Source of the DNA: Octopus vulgaris
Lineage: Eukaryota
Direction of reading: 5' to 3'
Length of the DNA stretch: 64,000 nucleotides
NCBI GenBank assembly: GCA_951406725.2
Contig: OX597825.1
Span: 39,122,001-39,186,000, forward strand
Below are positions 26,871-41,719 of this stretch, in pieces; position 1 is the stretch's first letter; each line of letters begins with the position of its first letter. The position numbers were made by a program, and so were the translations under genes. Under the pieces are notes generated by a model. The model had not been told where the DNA came from. It made no database searches and was given only the letters and a program-made list of their open reading frames with translations.

Positions 26871-27232
26871 GATATATATATATCAATACTTTTTTAATTC
26901 TTTAGCACACACACCTACACACACTTACATACACACACATACATACACACATATATGCACACATACATGCACATATATACACACAGATACCTACATTCAC
27001 ATACATGCACACACACTCACACGCACACACATATATATGATTTTATGTTGATATTAATATGGTAGTATAGCAATCAATTGTATTATATTCACTCATTAAT
27101 AATAAATTTGCTATCATGTCCTCTGGCTTAATTGACATTCATAATTACATATAAATAGGTGTCATTTTATATATATATATACTTATGCATATGTAATCAT
27201 ATAATGTTTAAACTATCATTATACACTTATGT

Positions 27233-28020
27233 ACAGGGTATTCAGGTTAAATCTTATGATTTGATGTCTCCTTTCTAAAAAAATAACTTGAAGACTTGAT
27301 TAACAGTCAACGATTTTGCAGATCATAAGGATACGAGTAGTATTTCAGAAAATGTTAGTTGACATGTAGGTGAGAAAGCCATATGAAAAGTGGTGAAAAT
27401 TTGACTGTGTCATGACGATTCGCGGCGGATATCAAAATACCCACAACGTGACTGCTAGTCAATACCCTGTAGCCACTTTAAATGCTTGAAAACGTAACAT
27501 CGACAGCTACAATTGTGACTATGCAGCCATGGCCAGCAGAAAGGTGTTCTGACTGCGTCCATACTCTGCATTTCATGTTCTTCCAGGACCCGAGGAATAG
27601 GGCATTAGGCCCAATTTACACAGCTATATTAAGCCGCTGGAGGCTGTGGCGAAATGCTGCCTGTAGAAGATTGCTGCTGAAAGATCGTATATATGACAGC
27701 AAGATTTGTCTTCGGGAAGATTCAGAATTTGTTGTCGGAGAACAACTACTTTACCGGTTGCAATTTCTGGCCTCCTACGTCTTTCAATTGCATTATCATA
27801 CTACTCTGCCAGCAAAAACAAAGCCGAGCTGGTGACCAAAACGAAGGAGGTATCCGAAGATCCTACCAGGGACGTATTGTTTAGAGCATGCTTCACAATT
27901 TGGAGAAATCTTTACGCTGTGGGGGAAGCAGAGCTTCGTTATTTTACTGGTATTTCTCATCCATAATCTAGTTGATATTTTGTGAAAATTTGAATGCATT
28001 CATTTTTTAAAAGAGATATT
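27233..28020 (+). mobile_element. Degraded Tc1/mariner (maT/DD37D-like) transposon
   Basis: TA-CAGGGT start; peptides TAR...QNLLSEN...FWPPTS (WPP.SPD motif) and RACFTIWRNLYAVGEAELRYF resemble the transposase C-terminus; right end uncertain. Confidence 0.5.
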
Positions 28021-30104
28021 ACGTTATCCTTCCTATTATGCAAATTTCAAATTTAGCTCGAACATGCTGCACATATATTCATATTTGAATTCATGTAATA
28101 TTGAGTTTGATGCTGTCTAACAATGATGGTTTCTAGACAGTTTACTAGTTGAGAAGTATGATAGAATGAAGATAAAAAAAACATAAAACAATTGCCATAT
28201 TGAATTATGGCATTTATCATTTTGAAAGTGTTGCTCAGATTGCTACAAGAATATAAATATATGTCCTAATAAAAAGGGTACTCAGCAGTTGTGCTCATTC
28301 TTACAGTTGTTTCAAGAATAAAAGCGCCGATGGTATATCTCCATGTAAAGGAACAGAAGATATTCATATAATAGCGATTTATACCATCATTGTTGAGCAA
28401 TTTTGATAGATCCAGAGTAGAGAGGTTCTGTAGCAATCAATTCCATCGTCGGAAATAGAATGTGGTAGAAAAGGTAGGCATAGAGGAAACGACAATTGGG
28501 GCATAGAGGAAACGACAAGTGACAAAGAAAACCAGGCCATGATGGTATGGAAATAGATAAAAATTAACATGCATGTCGAATGATAGATATACAGATTTCT
28601 AGAATTAGAGTAATATATATGTGTAGAGCAGGAGCTAGGTAACTGCTAAAGTGTGAAGAAGACTGGGCGTAGAATGGCGACAGTTACATGGAAAAGTATA
28701 TTAGAATTATCATTCAAGCAGACAGCCACCGGAGGTGTGGAAGTGACGGTGACATACACAATTATGAATAGCCACTAGCATTATTAGTTTGATATCGTTG
28801 TAAGTGCCATCATTTTGGGAGAGACGTGGTTATGCTAAATTTAGGGGGAAATGTTGAACGGTTGAGAAGTAAAACAATATAAGGTCAGAAACAGGTTAAT
28901 GAAAAATAGTATATTGACACAGTAATTTTATCAATAAGGAAATAATATTCGAATTGTAGCAAAGTAACAAAGTCGTGAAAATGTGCAGATCCTAAAGACT
29001 GTGCATTTGTACAGAATATCTAAAATTGCTATAAAATATATTAAGTATTCGCGAGATTGATATTTGTTTAAATGATTAAAATGTTACTAATAATTAGAAT
29101 GGATGCACAAATTGCGAATTATGCAACGTGGACGCATATCGAGTTCAAATAAGTAGTATATTTCGGATAGGGGAAGTGAATAAAGATATAGAATACGAAT
29201 ACAGAAGGTTAAGTAGATGATGCATATATAGAAGTGTGTTAAGTTTAAATACAAACCAAATAACTCACCTACATCTATGCAGTACATCTATTGTATTGTG
29301 GTGAGCATCATATAGATTTGGGATAAAATCAGAACATTTTAAAGATTCTTTGGACATACGTTTTGAATTTATCTTTCTGCAAATTTAATGATAGCAGGAT
29401 TATGTAATAATATTTTTATTGATTCGTTTAAGTATAAACAGCACGAAGTATTTTCACCATGATATGAAAGACCTGTATCGATGATAGACCAAGTAATATC
29501 ATGTGATATGTTGTTTTTCTCTTGTTTATACTTGGGGTTAGATAGTTATGTCTGCCAGATCAGTAGTTTAAGTATCAGTGGTTAACATTTACGGTTACAT
29601 CAATTTATATCCAGATTGCATTTTTTTCTTTAATGACTATACACTTACATGCAACATTAAATCTTCGGCAATTGATATTGCAAGAACAAGTACCTCCCCT
29701 TTGCCTTATGTGTGTTACTAGTGCTATTAGCGTTATTGCTACCATTAGTGTTATTAGTGGATATATTGTAAGTACGTATATATATATCTTATGAGTGAAT
29801 TGCTGGGTAATTCACCAGTATATCAATTTGGCTGAAACTAATACGTCCAGTGAAATAAAATATTTTAGAAAAAATAGACCAGAACTCAACTATTAAAATA
29901 TATGAAATCTAGAATTAATAATGATAAAAATGCCGTTCAGATTTTAGCAAAGACCAGCAACATTTAGAGAAGGCAGTATATTGATTATGTCGATAGCAGT
30001 GCTATTCAGATATTCTAAGTTATCGACACCAATAGGAGGAAGAGTAATTTCGATCTCACACGAATTTGAACTTCGAAGGCATAACAAAAAATTAGTATTA
30101 GAAG

Positions 30105-30217
30105 TAGCAGCAGCATGAGTAGCAGGGCAGCAGCAGCAGTAACAACAGCAGTAGCAGCAGCAGCAGCAGTAGCAGTAGTAGTAGTAGTAATAGTAGTAGT
30201 AGTAGTAGTAGTAGTAG
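30105..30217. repeat. Compound (AGC)n/(AGT)n microsatellite
   Basis: Direct inspection. Confidence 0.9.
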
Positions 30218-30399
30218 AAACTATTGAGATAATGTAATTTTGATTTATATGCTACATATTGAAAGAAAGACGTTTCTTTCGGCAATATTAAGTTGTGTCA
30301 CATCTTAATTTTTGGTTTTGCTTTTTAACTGTCCATTGATAAATATTTACAACGTATTACTTATATTATTACTGCTAAATTTCTTCAACATCATCTTTC

Positions 30400-30665
30400 G
30401 ACCTGGCTGAATAACCAACCTGAACCAGTCGGGATTCATACTACGGTTTTGCAAAACGTCACTTGCAAAGCCTCACTTTGGGTGATATCTTGTATCGCCC
30501 CTTCACGCATGTACGTCAATATTTCAAAAGGCTACCTATTTATAGCCAAGTGGATGGATCAATGTGAAATGATATAATTTGCACAAGAACATAATACGAT
30601 CTGGGAATCGAAACCATGATCTCGGTATCATAATTGCACAACCTTAATCACTAGGCTACGCTCAT
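30400..30665 (-). mobile_element. Degraded tRNA-derived SINE
   Basis: Minus strand gtagcctagtgattaaggtg...atggtttcgattcccaga...ttcttgtgcaa...tttcacattgatccatccacttggct. Confidence 0.55.
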
Positions 30666-31784
30666 TCGCTTCCACGTATCAGAGTCAATGAGGGAGATCT
30701 AAACAATTTGTAATATGTGTACATCCTGCAATGTATCGAAAATGCAAATGACATTCAACGTATTGATTCTGTTTACTACTTAGTCGAGGTTCTATTAAAT
30801 TACTTTCGATCTAAGATTCATCAGAATGCTGCTTTAAACCACTTTCATGAAAATGTTGTTTTATTATCTCCATCGAAATTCTGTTTTAAACAAGTCTGCA
30901 ATACTATCAACGATGCAGCAAAGTTGTACTTTTTGGAATTCTAAATTCCAATTTTACTGCCCTTAATATCAACTTGCAATAAATAAAAGTAATTCATCAA
31001 AATATTTGACTGCGAAAACGATAAAAGATAACTTGATGCATCACATATTAAAAAAAATTATTATAATTTCCCTGGCCACCACTTATAATTATATTTAAAT
31101 TCCATTGGCTTCTTAATATATATATGTTCTCATTTCACAATCAAGTATCGTTTCATTTTAGCGGTAGAAATTTTCCTATGTGAAAAACATTACAATAGAC
31201 ACTTGTAAATTCGATAATGGTGTTTTTAGATTCAACTAGACCCCTGTATTTAATGCTACAATTATTATGTTCCCATGAGAAAGATGCAGTAATGAACGGC
31301 CAGTAAGAATTCTCAACGCTGTTAAGTTACAATTCTGGAGCAACATGTAAAATAAAAATACATGTTATTCCCGTTATTCAAATTGCGATTTTGTGATCTA
31401 AAATTTCAATTTCTACTTCTAAATAAAGGCACAGTAGATCTCAGAGAATATGACATCCTAAGAAAACACAAGTAAATGATGTAACTATATCAACAAAAAC
31501 TTGTCGTTTCAACCTTTTTTGTGAGAATGTATTTGAAGCCGAAGATAAAATGCTTTGCAGAATTCATGTAATTACATCTTAGGAGGTCAGCATTGTTGGA
31601 AATTAACAGCCGAGATTATTACTAGCAATTAAGCAATTAAGCAAAATTTCCCAAAGCGATTGTCTTTGGAGCCATGTCAATTACCATAGCATGTTTAGAT
31701 TTTCTAAAATATATTTATGCGTATAGAATTCCTGACTTACATCTACATGCACATTTACACACGTGTGCACACACATACTTTCAC

Positions 31785-31840
<56 letters not shown>

Positions 31841-31960
31841 TATGATTACCTATATGTATGTGTATGTATGCATACATATACACACACACTCATATACATA
31901 TACGAGTTAGTGGGAAAACGAAAGAAGGGCACTAAACAGATTTACTGGGTGTTACATGTA

Positions 31961-32417
31961 TGGACCAAAACAGTTTCATTTAAATTCTTTTGAATTCCGA
32001 GTTTCAAGCGAGATGCTAGTCTTCAGCTACTTCATATTTGAATGAAAGAAGTTGATTGTTAGTACCGTAAGGTGAGCTGCGAGCGGTCGACGCAGGTCAC
32101 GCGGTGGCGAGGTTTAATTTGGAAAATACTGCATGACGAACAGGAAATCATCCGCATGGTGGATAGGAAATCTTTCTGGTTGTTGGGTCGCAGTCTACTT
32201 CTTGTCAACCACGCTTTCGATTTCCTGTTCAATATGTGTTACTTTCCAACTAGCTGTTACCGCTGATATACCCATATACCAACACCAAACCAATACACCG
32301 CATGCCCTTCCGCGATCAATCGCAACCTACGGTAATAACAATCAACGTCTTTAATCCAAATTCAAAATGGTTGAAACTCGGAGTACCACCACATTTGAAC
32401 TTAACTGGTTTGATCCA
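31961..32417. mobile_element. MITE with long imperfect TIRs (TGGATCAAA...), TA flanks
   Basis: ta|tggaccaaaacagtt ... aactggtttgatcca|ta; arms related over ~130 bp; relative at 38387. Confidence 0.8.
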
Positions 32418-33257
32418 TACACAAAAACACGCACGCACACACACATATATGTATATAAGATGTATGTATGTGTATGTGTGTGTGTATTAATCAAACATAT
32501 TTAATTAGGCAATTACTTATAAGGAATCTATATATCTATTTCTCTGTATTTACATAGAAAGAAGAAGAATAGACGATGGAACTATAGATTTCTTTCCAAC
32601 ATTCATACCTGCATTATTTTGTTCAGTGCAGTCTTGTTGCACGCTCTTGGGAAAGGCACGATTCAAAATCGAGTGACATTAATGCAGTTCTCCTTTATCG
32701 TTGCATTCCCCGTCTTAATTGACGTGGTCTTGGCTTAAGTGCATAATTATACCAAATAAACACCAACGTAGATCTCAGGCACAAAATGGAATATACAGCT
32801 TAATAATGTATCAGAACTTCTGCATCAATTTTTGGAAAATTTCAAGTAGGTTGAGTCTGTGTTGCTAAAATAGTGCAGAGGACGCATATTCTTATCTGTT
32901 TCTACTCTTCGAACACCTTGTGTTGGAATACTATTCTGGCTCAATCGTGTTGGAAAGGCTATTTCTGGAATACTTATTACACCAGTCTTTCGAGCGGTCA
33001 CATTCTTGCTTTATTTTGTTTTGCTGAAGTCCTATTACAATGTGCTGAAAACGGTAATATATATATATATATATATATATTTAGCCTCTGGGTAAAATAC
33101 TACAACAATGCTCATGCATATTCAAGCATACCTTAGCTTGTCCAAGTAGTAATATTGATAATTATAAGCTTTTCAATGTGATATCTAGAATTAAGCTTGT
33201 GAAATGTGATGCAGTGATAGTTTTTAAACTTTTACGAATTCCTTTAAAAACACACAC

Positions 33258-33304
<47 letters not shown>

Positions 33305-33314
33305 ACACGCACAC

Positions 33315-33383
<69 letters not shown>

Positions 33384-34015
33384 ATCATTCATATATAAGC
33401 ATAAATACCTCTAACACGTACATATCTGTACGCATATACATACACAGAGACAAGTCCGTGCACAGACACGCACAAATACACACACACACGTTTACATACT
33501 GTATTTTAAATATTAATATGAACTTTGCTTTTCGACATAGCATTTGCTATTATAGGGGACATGTAGATCAGTAGTTACATTTTTACACGCCATAAACTAA
33601 TGTTTGAACTGAATGCTCGGGTAAATTTTAGCTGTAATAATTAATTGTGCATTAATCCATGTAAAGTGATTTTCTTACGAATATAAAAATAATATCTATG
33701 CATATACTCGCAATAACATTTCAATATAATCGCCTGTAATCTCAATTATTACGAGATAGAACATAACATCAGTTGTACAAATACATGTGACTACGTACAT
33801 ATGCACATGCACTAAAAGCAAACAGATCGCATTCTTTATATATAGGAATTGTATTATTCATGTATTTCTTCCTGGGCTTATGCAGTTGCTACCCAATCGA
33901 GAAAAACGACCACAGGCACTCACAGCTTACGGAAAATTAAAAATACAGTTATGAGCACACATGCCAATACTAAGCTTATTCAATCACATCTACTTTGGGG
34001 ATATATATATATATA

Positions 34016-34080
<65 letters not shown>

Positions 34081-34330
34081 GCTTGCGCGAACATGTGTGC
34101 TTATATGTGTTCGTAGCATCAGCGCCTGAAATAACACCTATATTATTTTTCATGAAAATTCTAAACAATATCAAGCAAACAATTATATGTCAAATTCTTT
34201 GAATGGTGTATACATATATCTGGCGAAAACTTTTGTCTGCAAACAAATAGGAATTCTTGAAATTTGGTCAAACCACTTCGCATGTGATGACATCAACATA
34301 AATCTTCCTAATAAGTTTTCTCGTTAGCAA

Positions 34331-34497
34331 CAACCTGTATCATATTTATTTTTCAATAATATTTAGTCCCCTGGACTGGCAAGCAAGGATCAGTAGGCAA
34401 ACTTGAACTATTCCGTCGTTTCATAGTCTGTGAGCTGATCCTTGCTTGCCAGTCCAGGGGACTAAATATTATTGAAAAATAAATACGATACAGGTTG
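34331..34497. repeat. Near-perfect inverted repeat, 63-bp arms, 41-bp spacer
   Basis: 34331-34393 is complementary to 34435-34497 with one mismatch. Confidence 0.95.
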
Positions 34498-34616
34498 ATA
34501 CACACAGTCGTCGGAAATTAAGCGTGACAGTGGTGAAACTTATTCTATCTCGTGAAATCCTGAATATCAGCAAAATATATGCTAACAGTAGATAACCACT
34601 CCAGTATATAAAAAAA

Positions 34617-34659
<43 letters not shown>

Positions 34660-35725
34660 TACGATATTATGAAATTAATGTTTTCTATTCTTTCATTTTA
34701 GCTCCATCGGGTGTGGATATGTGTGTATGCATGTATGTATGGATCTATATGTGTATGGGTGTATCATATTATCACATACAAATCCATGTATACATATACT
34801 CCTGTTTTTCTTATTTTTCACCTGCTTCTCGCTTCCACAAATATTTTTTCCGTTTCCCATCCTATCTCTGACTCTGTATTTATGCATACAACTTAAAAGA
34901 ATTCCCGTTCTAATCTCTCATCTCTGTGATTGTTTTGCACTCGAGGACACCAAGTAGTGATGCAGTTGTCATGCATATGTCAAATTCCCTAACAGGAATT
35001 GGTCTTGTATGAGTTGAACGACACATCAAAATTAAGTGTAATGAGTACGTCTCCAAACTGAGAGTATATATTATGCTTTCATGATAGAGATACTTTAACA
35101 GAGACGATATGCTGTCATTTGTCAATGGTATTGCACCATTACATATTACACCATTACTTTGGTTTTTGTTTGAAGGTTCCGCGTCACCTTTAAGTTACCT
35201 GTATTCCGAGATGAAACCATTTTCCTAAAATATACTGAGCGTTACAAGTAGTGCACCTCTATAATGTGAAGGAGTTGTGCACTTGTATTAAAAATAAAAT
35301 TCTTTCATTTGCTACCTTGTAATAGCTCATACCAGGTAATCTTCCTACAACCGCATTAGAACTTTTCATGATTTTGACATGATCATGTACAAAAATGGCC
35401 TGAAGAAATACAATTTTCACCCGCCAGCAAACGTGAACGGTGCAGGCCAATTTAACACTTGTATATATGATAAAATTAATACATGCACACACATACACAC
35501 ACGTACACACAGAGACACAAACACACACTCACACATACACAAACACACACACACAACGAATACCAGACCAAATAGCCCACAACCAGAAATATTTACACAC
35601 AAAAATAGATGTATCAACCTGTCACTACATGTCTCTCCCTCTCTTTCTCTCTCTCCCCCTCTCGCTCTCTCGCTCTCTCTCTCTCTATATATATATAAAT
35701 ATATATATGTGTGTGTGTGTGTGTG

Positions 35726-35969
35726 GAGGCGCAATGGCCCAGTGGTTAGGGCAGCGGACTCGCGGTCGTAGGATCGCTGTTTCGAAAGCTCCACGAGGCT
35801 CCGGTAGGGTGGGGGCGATCCCTGCTGGTCTTTTTCGCCACAAATTTCTCTCACTCTTTCTTCTGTTGGCCTGCTTGCTTAGCCAGCGGGGTGGCGTCAT
35901 TTGAAGGTTAAAACAATGCGAAGCACATTGGGACCAGTGATGTGTAACATCTGATAGCCTGGTCGGTTG

Positions 35970-35980
<11 letters not shown>
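35726..35980 (+). mobile_element. tRNA-derived SINE (family D-like head)
   Basis: ggcgcaatggcccagtggttagg A-box, gtttcga B-box; tail gaccagtgatgtgtaacatctgatagcctggtcg shared with ~44110-44145. Confidence 0.75.
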
Positions 35981-36001
<21 letters not shown>

Positions 36002-37380
36002 GTGTGTATTTATTGACAGAAGAACAACACGCATGACTTTCTATGTTAAAACTTACAGATTCTTACCAATATCAATTTGTGCTTCCCATCCATATTTTCC
36101 TTATATTTAAGAATGAGGCAAGCCTTAAATATATCAATAAACACCTTATCTCACGATAAAATAATGTACAGACAATTGGCGCATACCTCTATACAACCAA
36201 TTTTTACATAACATGAAACAATCACAGAAATAAAATTAGTTGTTTCCTCTGCATAACAGGATAAGTTGGAGTCACTAGAAGAAATGTAATCAACACATTC
36301 TCACATTAATGTAAAATGAATGCACTATAAACTTCATGAAAATATAACGACGTAACGAAATTAGAATATATTACATTTTATCATTATCAAAGTGTCTATC
36401 GCCTAAATGTATTTTCGCACTGGAAAGTAAAAATGATTTTGGCGCCGATGTTTAGATGCTTCTAGAAAATATAAAATTAGTTTACCAGGTCAATAATATT
36501 AGAAATTAATAATTGAGAAAGAAGAAACAGATAGCTTACAGTGGCATGTTATCATTTCCGCTGATAACAATTATACAAATATTACTACGCAGGGTATCCC
36601 TGAATACATGGTTGCAGATATGCACTTATATACATAAAGGCATATGTATATTAATATATACTTGTGTGTGTGGTTGTGTGAATGTTAGTGTTATACTCAT
36701 ATGTATCGAAAGTATTCAAATATTGAGAGATAAGAAAAATACCAAATATATTCCTGCTAAAGAATAAGTTATCATTGATCTTCATTACTTTCAAGTTTTA
36801 GCAGTGACTGGTTGTTTTATCACGGAACATATACGTGCAAGAACGATGCATCTGGATTTATATATTGGAATATTTCTGTACAACAAAGGTAATCATGTAT
36901 TTTCTGTCATAGCAAAATGTCCATTCTTTTACTGTGAAGTGAAAGCACATGTTCATGGTTACTAGGCTCGAAAGACAACTGGAAGATTTTAGGAGAATGT
37001 AGAGACATGTTCTCATTCATTAACGAGTGACAGTGGATTAAAAAGATATCATTTGTTTAAAATCTGAAAGTGAACGTTTAATCCATAGCATGGCAACTAT
37101 ATACTCCTGCAAAACTCAAGATGAGCAAGAGTCAGCAACACGCACTGAAACTATGGCAAAAACGTATGAAATGGCCGAGAAACTTTCCTGATTTTCAGAA
37201 AGCTTGCAAACCATCTTTAGGAGTACATTTCTATCCAGGACTAATTGACTCTATCAGCATCTGCTATTTGAAACTACTACCAGTTGAAATACATGTTATA
37301 TAACACCATTGCATTGATGTGCTTATAAATGTGTGTTTAGTATGTATATACATATGCATAAATACGTACATACATACAAG

Positions 37381-37712
37381 GGCCTAGAACCCCGCCCCTT
37401 CGGTAATGAATGTCCAAATAATTGCACTTAGAAAGTTACCTTCCAACGTACAAGTGCGAGCAATGTTGATTATGGAAGACTAGCATTCGCCCATGCTTAC
37501 CAGCCTCTTCTATCTACGACACTGATGTTATCCAAAGGAAAGGCAAAGGCCGGTACAGCTTGGAACCAGTGACGTCAAAACACATTTCTATAGCTGAGTG
37601 TACTGGAGCAACGGGAAATAGTGTCCTACTAAAGAACACAACTTACAGCTCGGTCCGGGAATAGAAGTCACTAGCTTGTGATTGTGAACCCGTTGCTGTA
37701 ACCACTGAGTCA
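37381..37712 (-). mobile_element. SINE family C, reverse copy
   Basis: Reverse complement matches 25250-25543 (gttgctccagtacactcagct, gcctttgcctttcc). Confidence 0.75.
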
Positions 37713-37762
37713 TATGTATGCGTGTATGTGTATGCGTGTGATACATATGTGTGTGTGCGCGT

Positions 37763-37832
<70 letters not shown>

Positions 37833-37847
37833 TATATATATATATAT

Positions 37848-37926
<79 letters not shown>

Positions 37927-38042
37927 AAAGCAATTAAGATTCAAGTGAGTTCTATTGAATTCACTTGAATGCGGTACTTAACTTAGATGCTCCAGAAAAC
38001 TATATGGTATTAAGCATAAAATAATGTGGGGTGATTATAAAA

Positions 38043-38092
38043 AAGAAAAAAGCAACAAGATTGGATTAATCCATTCTTGTTGCTTTTTTCTT
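38043..38092. repeat. Short palindrome in a (TA)n insert
   Basis: aagaaaaaagcaacaagattggattaatccattcttgttgcttttttctt. Confidence 0.85.
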
Positions 38093-38239
38093 GTTTATAT
38101 ATATACTACTAATATAGGATGAAGGTTTTTTACAGAAAAAAAATTCAATAAAAAAATGTGGCATCATATTAAATCACCTTTAAGGTTAAAATACCTTTAA
38201 GGTTAAAATACCTTTAAGGTTGTTTATAATTTATAAGTA

Positions 38240-38355
<116 letters not shown>

Positions 38356-38386
38356 ATCGATAAATAGACAGACATATGTGGGCGTA

Positions 38387-39516
38387 TGGATCAAAGCAGT
38401 TTTATTTAAGTTCGCTGGTATACTTGTGTTTCAAGCATGATGCTAGTCGTCAGCCATTTTGATTTCAAGGGAAGTTACTTGCAGCATATGCACACGTTCA
38501 ATTATAGGGACAGAGGAACTCTACTTCTCTGTCTCCTTTTCTCTGGAGACTCCGTGATCTCCGAGATAAAATACCCAGCATCAAGTAGACTATTGTCTAC
38601 AGAGTGAAACCATATTCACCCGATGCCCCCAACTGCCAGCACTACCTCCACGATACAGTGCATATCCTGCACCAACCGCAGTATCCATCAACAAGAAATA
38701 CCATTTATCGTATTGCTACTAACAGAGATATGCTCTGACTGCCGACAACCCGGATATACCACCTTAACACCAGCTGCTACTCTGCACCACCTGCACCACT
38801 TGCACCAATGTGAACGTTACCAATCAATCCCGTGAGGAGGACCAACATTTATAAATCCTTAACGTTTACACTTACACACCCCAACGCATACCAATCCCCA
38901 GCAATATTTTGCGCGTGTATACTCACGAACATGCTTGTGCGAGAGCACGCGTGCACGACGACACTGATAAGCATGCGTGCATGCATGCAAATATGCATAT
39001 GCAGATATGAATGCATACGCATGTGTTGATCCATGTATGTTTGTGCATGTGTGCATAAGAGGGTACGTGTGTGCTTGTGCGCAAGTGCGTGTTCGTCCAA
39101 GCACGGGTGCCTTGTGTGTGTGCAGACGTGCGAATTCGTGTCCATGTACAGATGCGCACACACGCATCGATATACACATACACGCAAAATTATATGAGCT
39201 CCTCTGCACACAAACACATGGAATTATAGACTTGCACATACCGGCACTATTTACTTCCTACCCAAGCAATCCGACCGATATCTAATCGCCACGTGCTCTA
39301 TTTCCTCTCGTCCACGTTGTCAATTTCCTGTTAGCCATATCGGTATTTTACAACTAACTCTTACCCATATGCCAACATCAAACTATGGCATCGCGTGACT
39401 TTGCTCGACCAATTGCAGCCCACCTTACGGTGATAACAATCGACTTCTGTCATTGAAATTCAAAATGGCTGGTACTCAAGAGTAACAGTAAATTTGAAAC
39501 AAACTCCTTTGATCCA
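38387..39516. mobile_element. Longer member of the TGGATCAAA MITE family, TA flanks
   Basis: ta|tggatcaaagcagttt ... aaactcctttgatcca|ta; both ends similar to 31961-32417. Confidence 0.8.
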
Positions 39517-39571
39517 TATATGTAACTGCCAATAAACTGGTTGGGTGTTTTTTCTTTCGTTTGTGCACTCA

Positions 39572-39615
<44 letters not shown>

Positions 39616-40649
39616 TTGATTTTATTTATATGTATATGCATGTATATATGTATACATACATACATACATACATACATACAACCATACATATATATATATT
39701 TAATTATAATAAATGGTAAAAATCATGAATGTTTTTACCAGGGAGTCAGCGCAGAAATGAAAATCCTTTTAGGTAAATTTTACAAATATAATTATTAAAT
39801 ATTTATATCTATCTATCTATATGTGTGTGTGTCTACATATAATTATGTCTGAGCGTGTGTACGTGTGCGAGTATGTAGGTGTGTGTGTGTTTGCATGTGC
39901 ATGTGTATCCGTGTATGTGTGTGTGGGAGATGGATGCACGTAACAAAAAAATTTAATGTAGATTCGAACACTCAGATAATTCTTTCAGATATATTAGGAT
40001 GCCATCATTCACGACGCTTCCATTTCGGTGATTATTCATCGCACATTACAACCTAATTTTGTATTAATATATTATAGGACTGGGTAGCAACTGAAGCGTA
40101 TCGGGGACAATGATGCAGGCATCATACATAGTAGGAATAAAAGTTCTAGTAGAAAACACCTAGAATGTTTGGAACCCGTAGACTGTACACATATCTGCTA
40201 TGAGCAAGCGGTATGGTTTTTAGTAGAGTGACATGTTCAGAATTATGTAATGCTGTTCTCGAAAGTCTTAGTTAAATACAGCAAAGATAACTTTATGTTT
40301 AGGTGTAAAGTAACAATCAATAAAATTAATTTTCTGGTAAGAAACCTGGTTTCTCAGGAATATATCACCAGGATATATGAGCCAGAGATAAAAAAAAATA
40401 CTTATTCAATGAGGAAGGATAAATTTATGAAAATTGCATAAATGCGCTGCAAAAAACAGTTTCAGATAGAATTATAGTTTATTTCCTTGTGTATATCCAT
40501 TGAACTAGAGAATTTTATGTAAAATTGTACATGCATGTACGCGCGTTATGTATGTATGTAAGTAAATATGTATGTATGTATGTATGTGTATAGAAATATA
40601 TTATATATATAGATATATATATATATCATATATGTATATATACATAGGG

Positions 40650-40681
<32 letters not shown>

Positions 40682-40760
40682 GTATACATACTTATATATA
40701 TATATACATACATATGGATAGATATAATTATATATATATATATATATATATGTATACATA

Positions 40761-40799
<39 letters not shown>

Positions 40800-40890
40800 G
40801 GATAGATATAATTATATATATATATATATACATATATTTAAATATGTATATATGCAGATATAGAAATATATATTGTCATATGCATGCATA

Positions 40891-40971
<81 letters not shown>

Positions 40972-41719
40972 GATATATTCTTTATTTATTAATACAATAC
41001 ATATTACAGATGAAATTCTATGTACAAATAGAAGTAGTAGAGATATTATTTGCAATAAAACTGAAAAGTATTGTTGTCTAACAGCTACCATAAATAGAAT
41101 GCAAAAAGAGAAGAAAATGTGTGTAATATATTAAATATATTACTGCATATTAAATTGTTGTACATGAAAATATAACAATATTATAGCGACTGAATTTTTG
41201 ATATTTATTCCTGGTGATAAATGAAATATTTATTGATCTTAATAAAACAATGCACATTTTTGTTTTCAAATGATAATATCTTTCATGTCAAGAAGATTCT
41301 ACCTACTACAAATATACAAATATACTATTCTATTGCTGATGCTACTGCTGCTTCTATTGCTACTTCTAATACCTCAAGAACCACTTTTCAACTACGACCA
41401 ACGTCATCATTACGATCACTATTAATAATAATTATAAAAATAATTCAGCATCAGCTAGAGTAACATCATTAGAAAACTATGTCTACAGTGTGGAAAAGTG
41501 TGAAGATGAATTCTATGCCATATTAGCTCTAACCCCAGCAATCTCCACCTCACGAGGTGCATCTTAGAAAATGAGCGTAAGGAACATGCCATACATGCCA
41601 CATGTGGGGCCCCGATGAATTCGGGGCCGACGAAATCTTTCAGTGGGGTGAATAATTGTCGCCTAAGCTGAAAGCGGATATTTACGGTCATGTCTTCAAC
41701 GTTAGATTGCTGCAAAATA

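Noticed and set aside
28400-28900. Possible decayed PLE end with CCGACGA on the minus strand
   Set aside because: GAAA box and stems absent; peptide similarity not convincing
35726-35800. tRNA-like sequence
   Set aside because: No complete cloverleaf; continues into a SINE body and recurs as SINE heads
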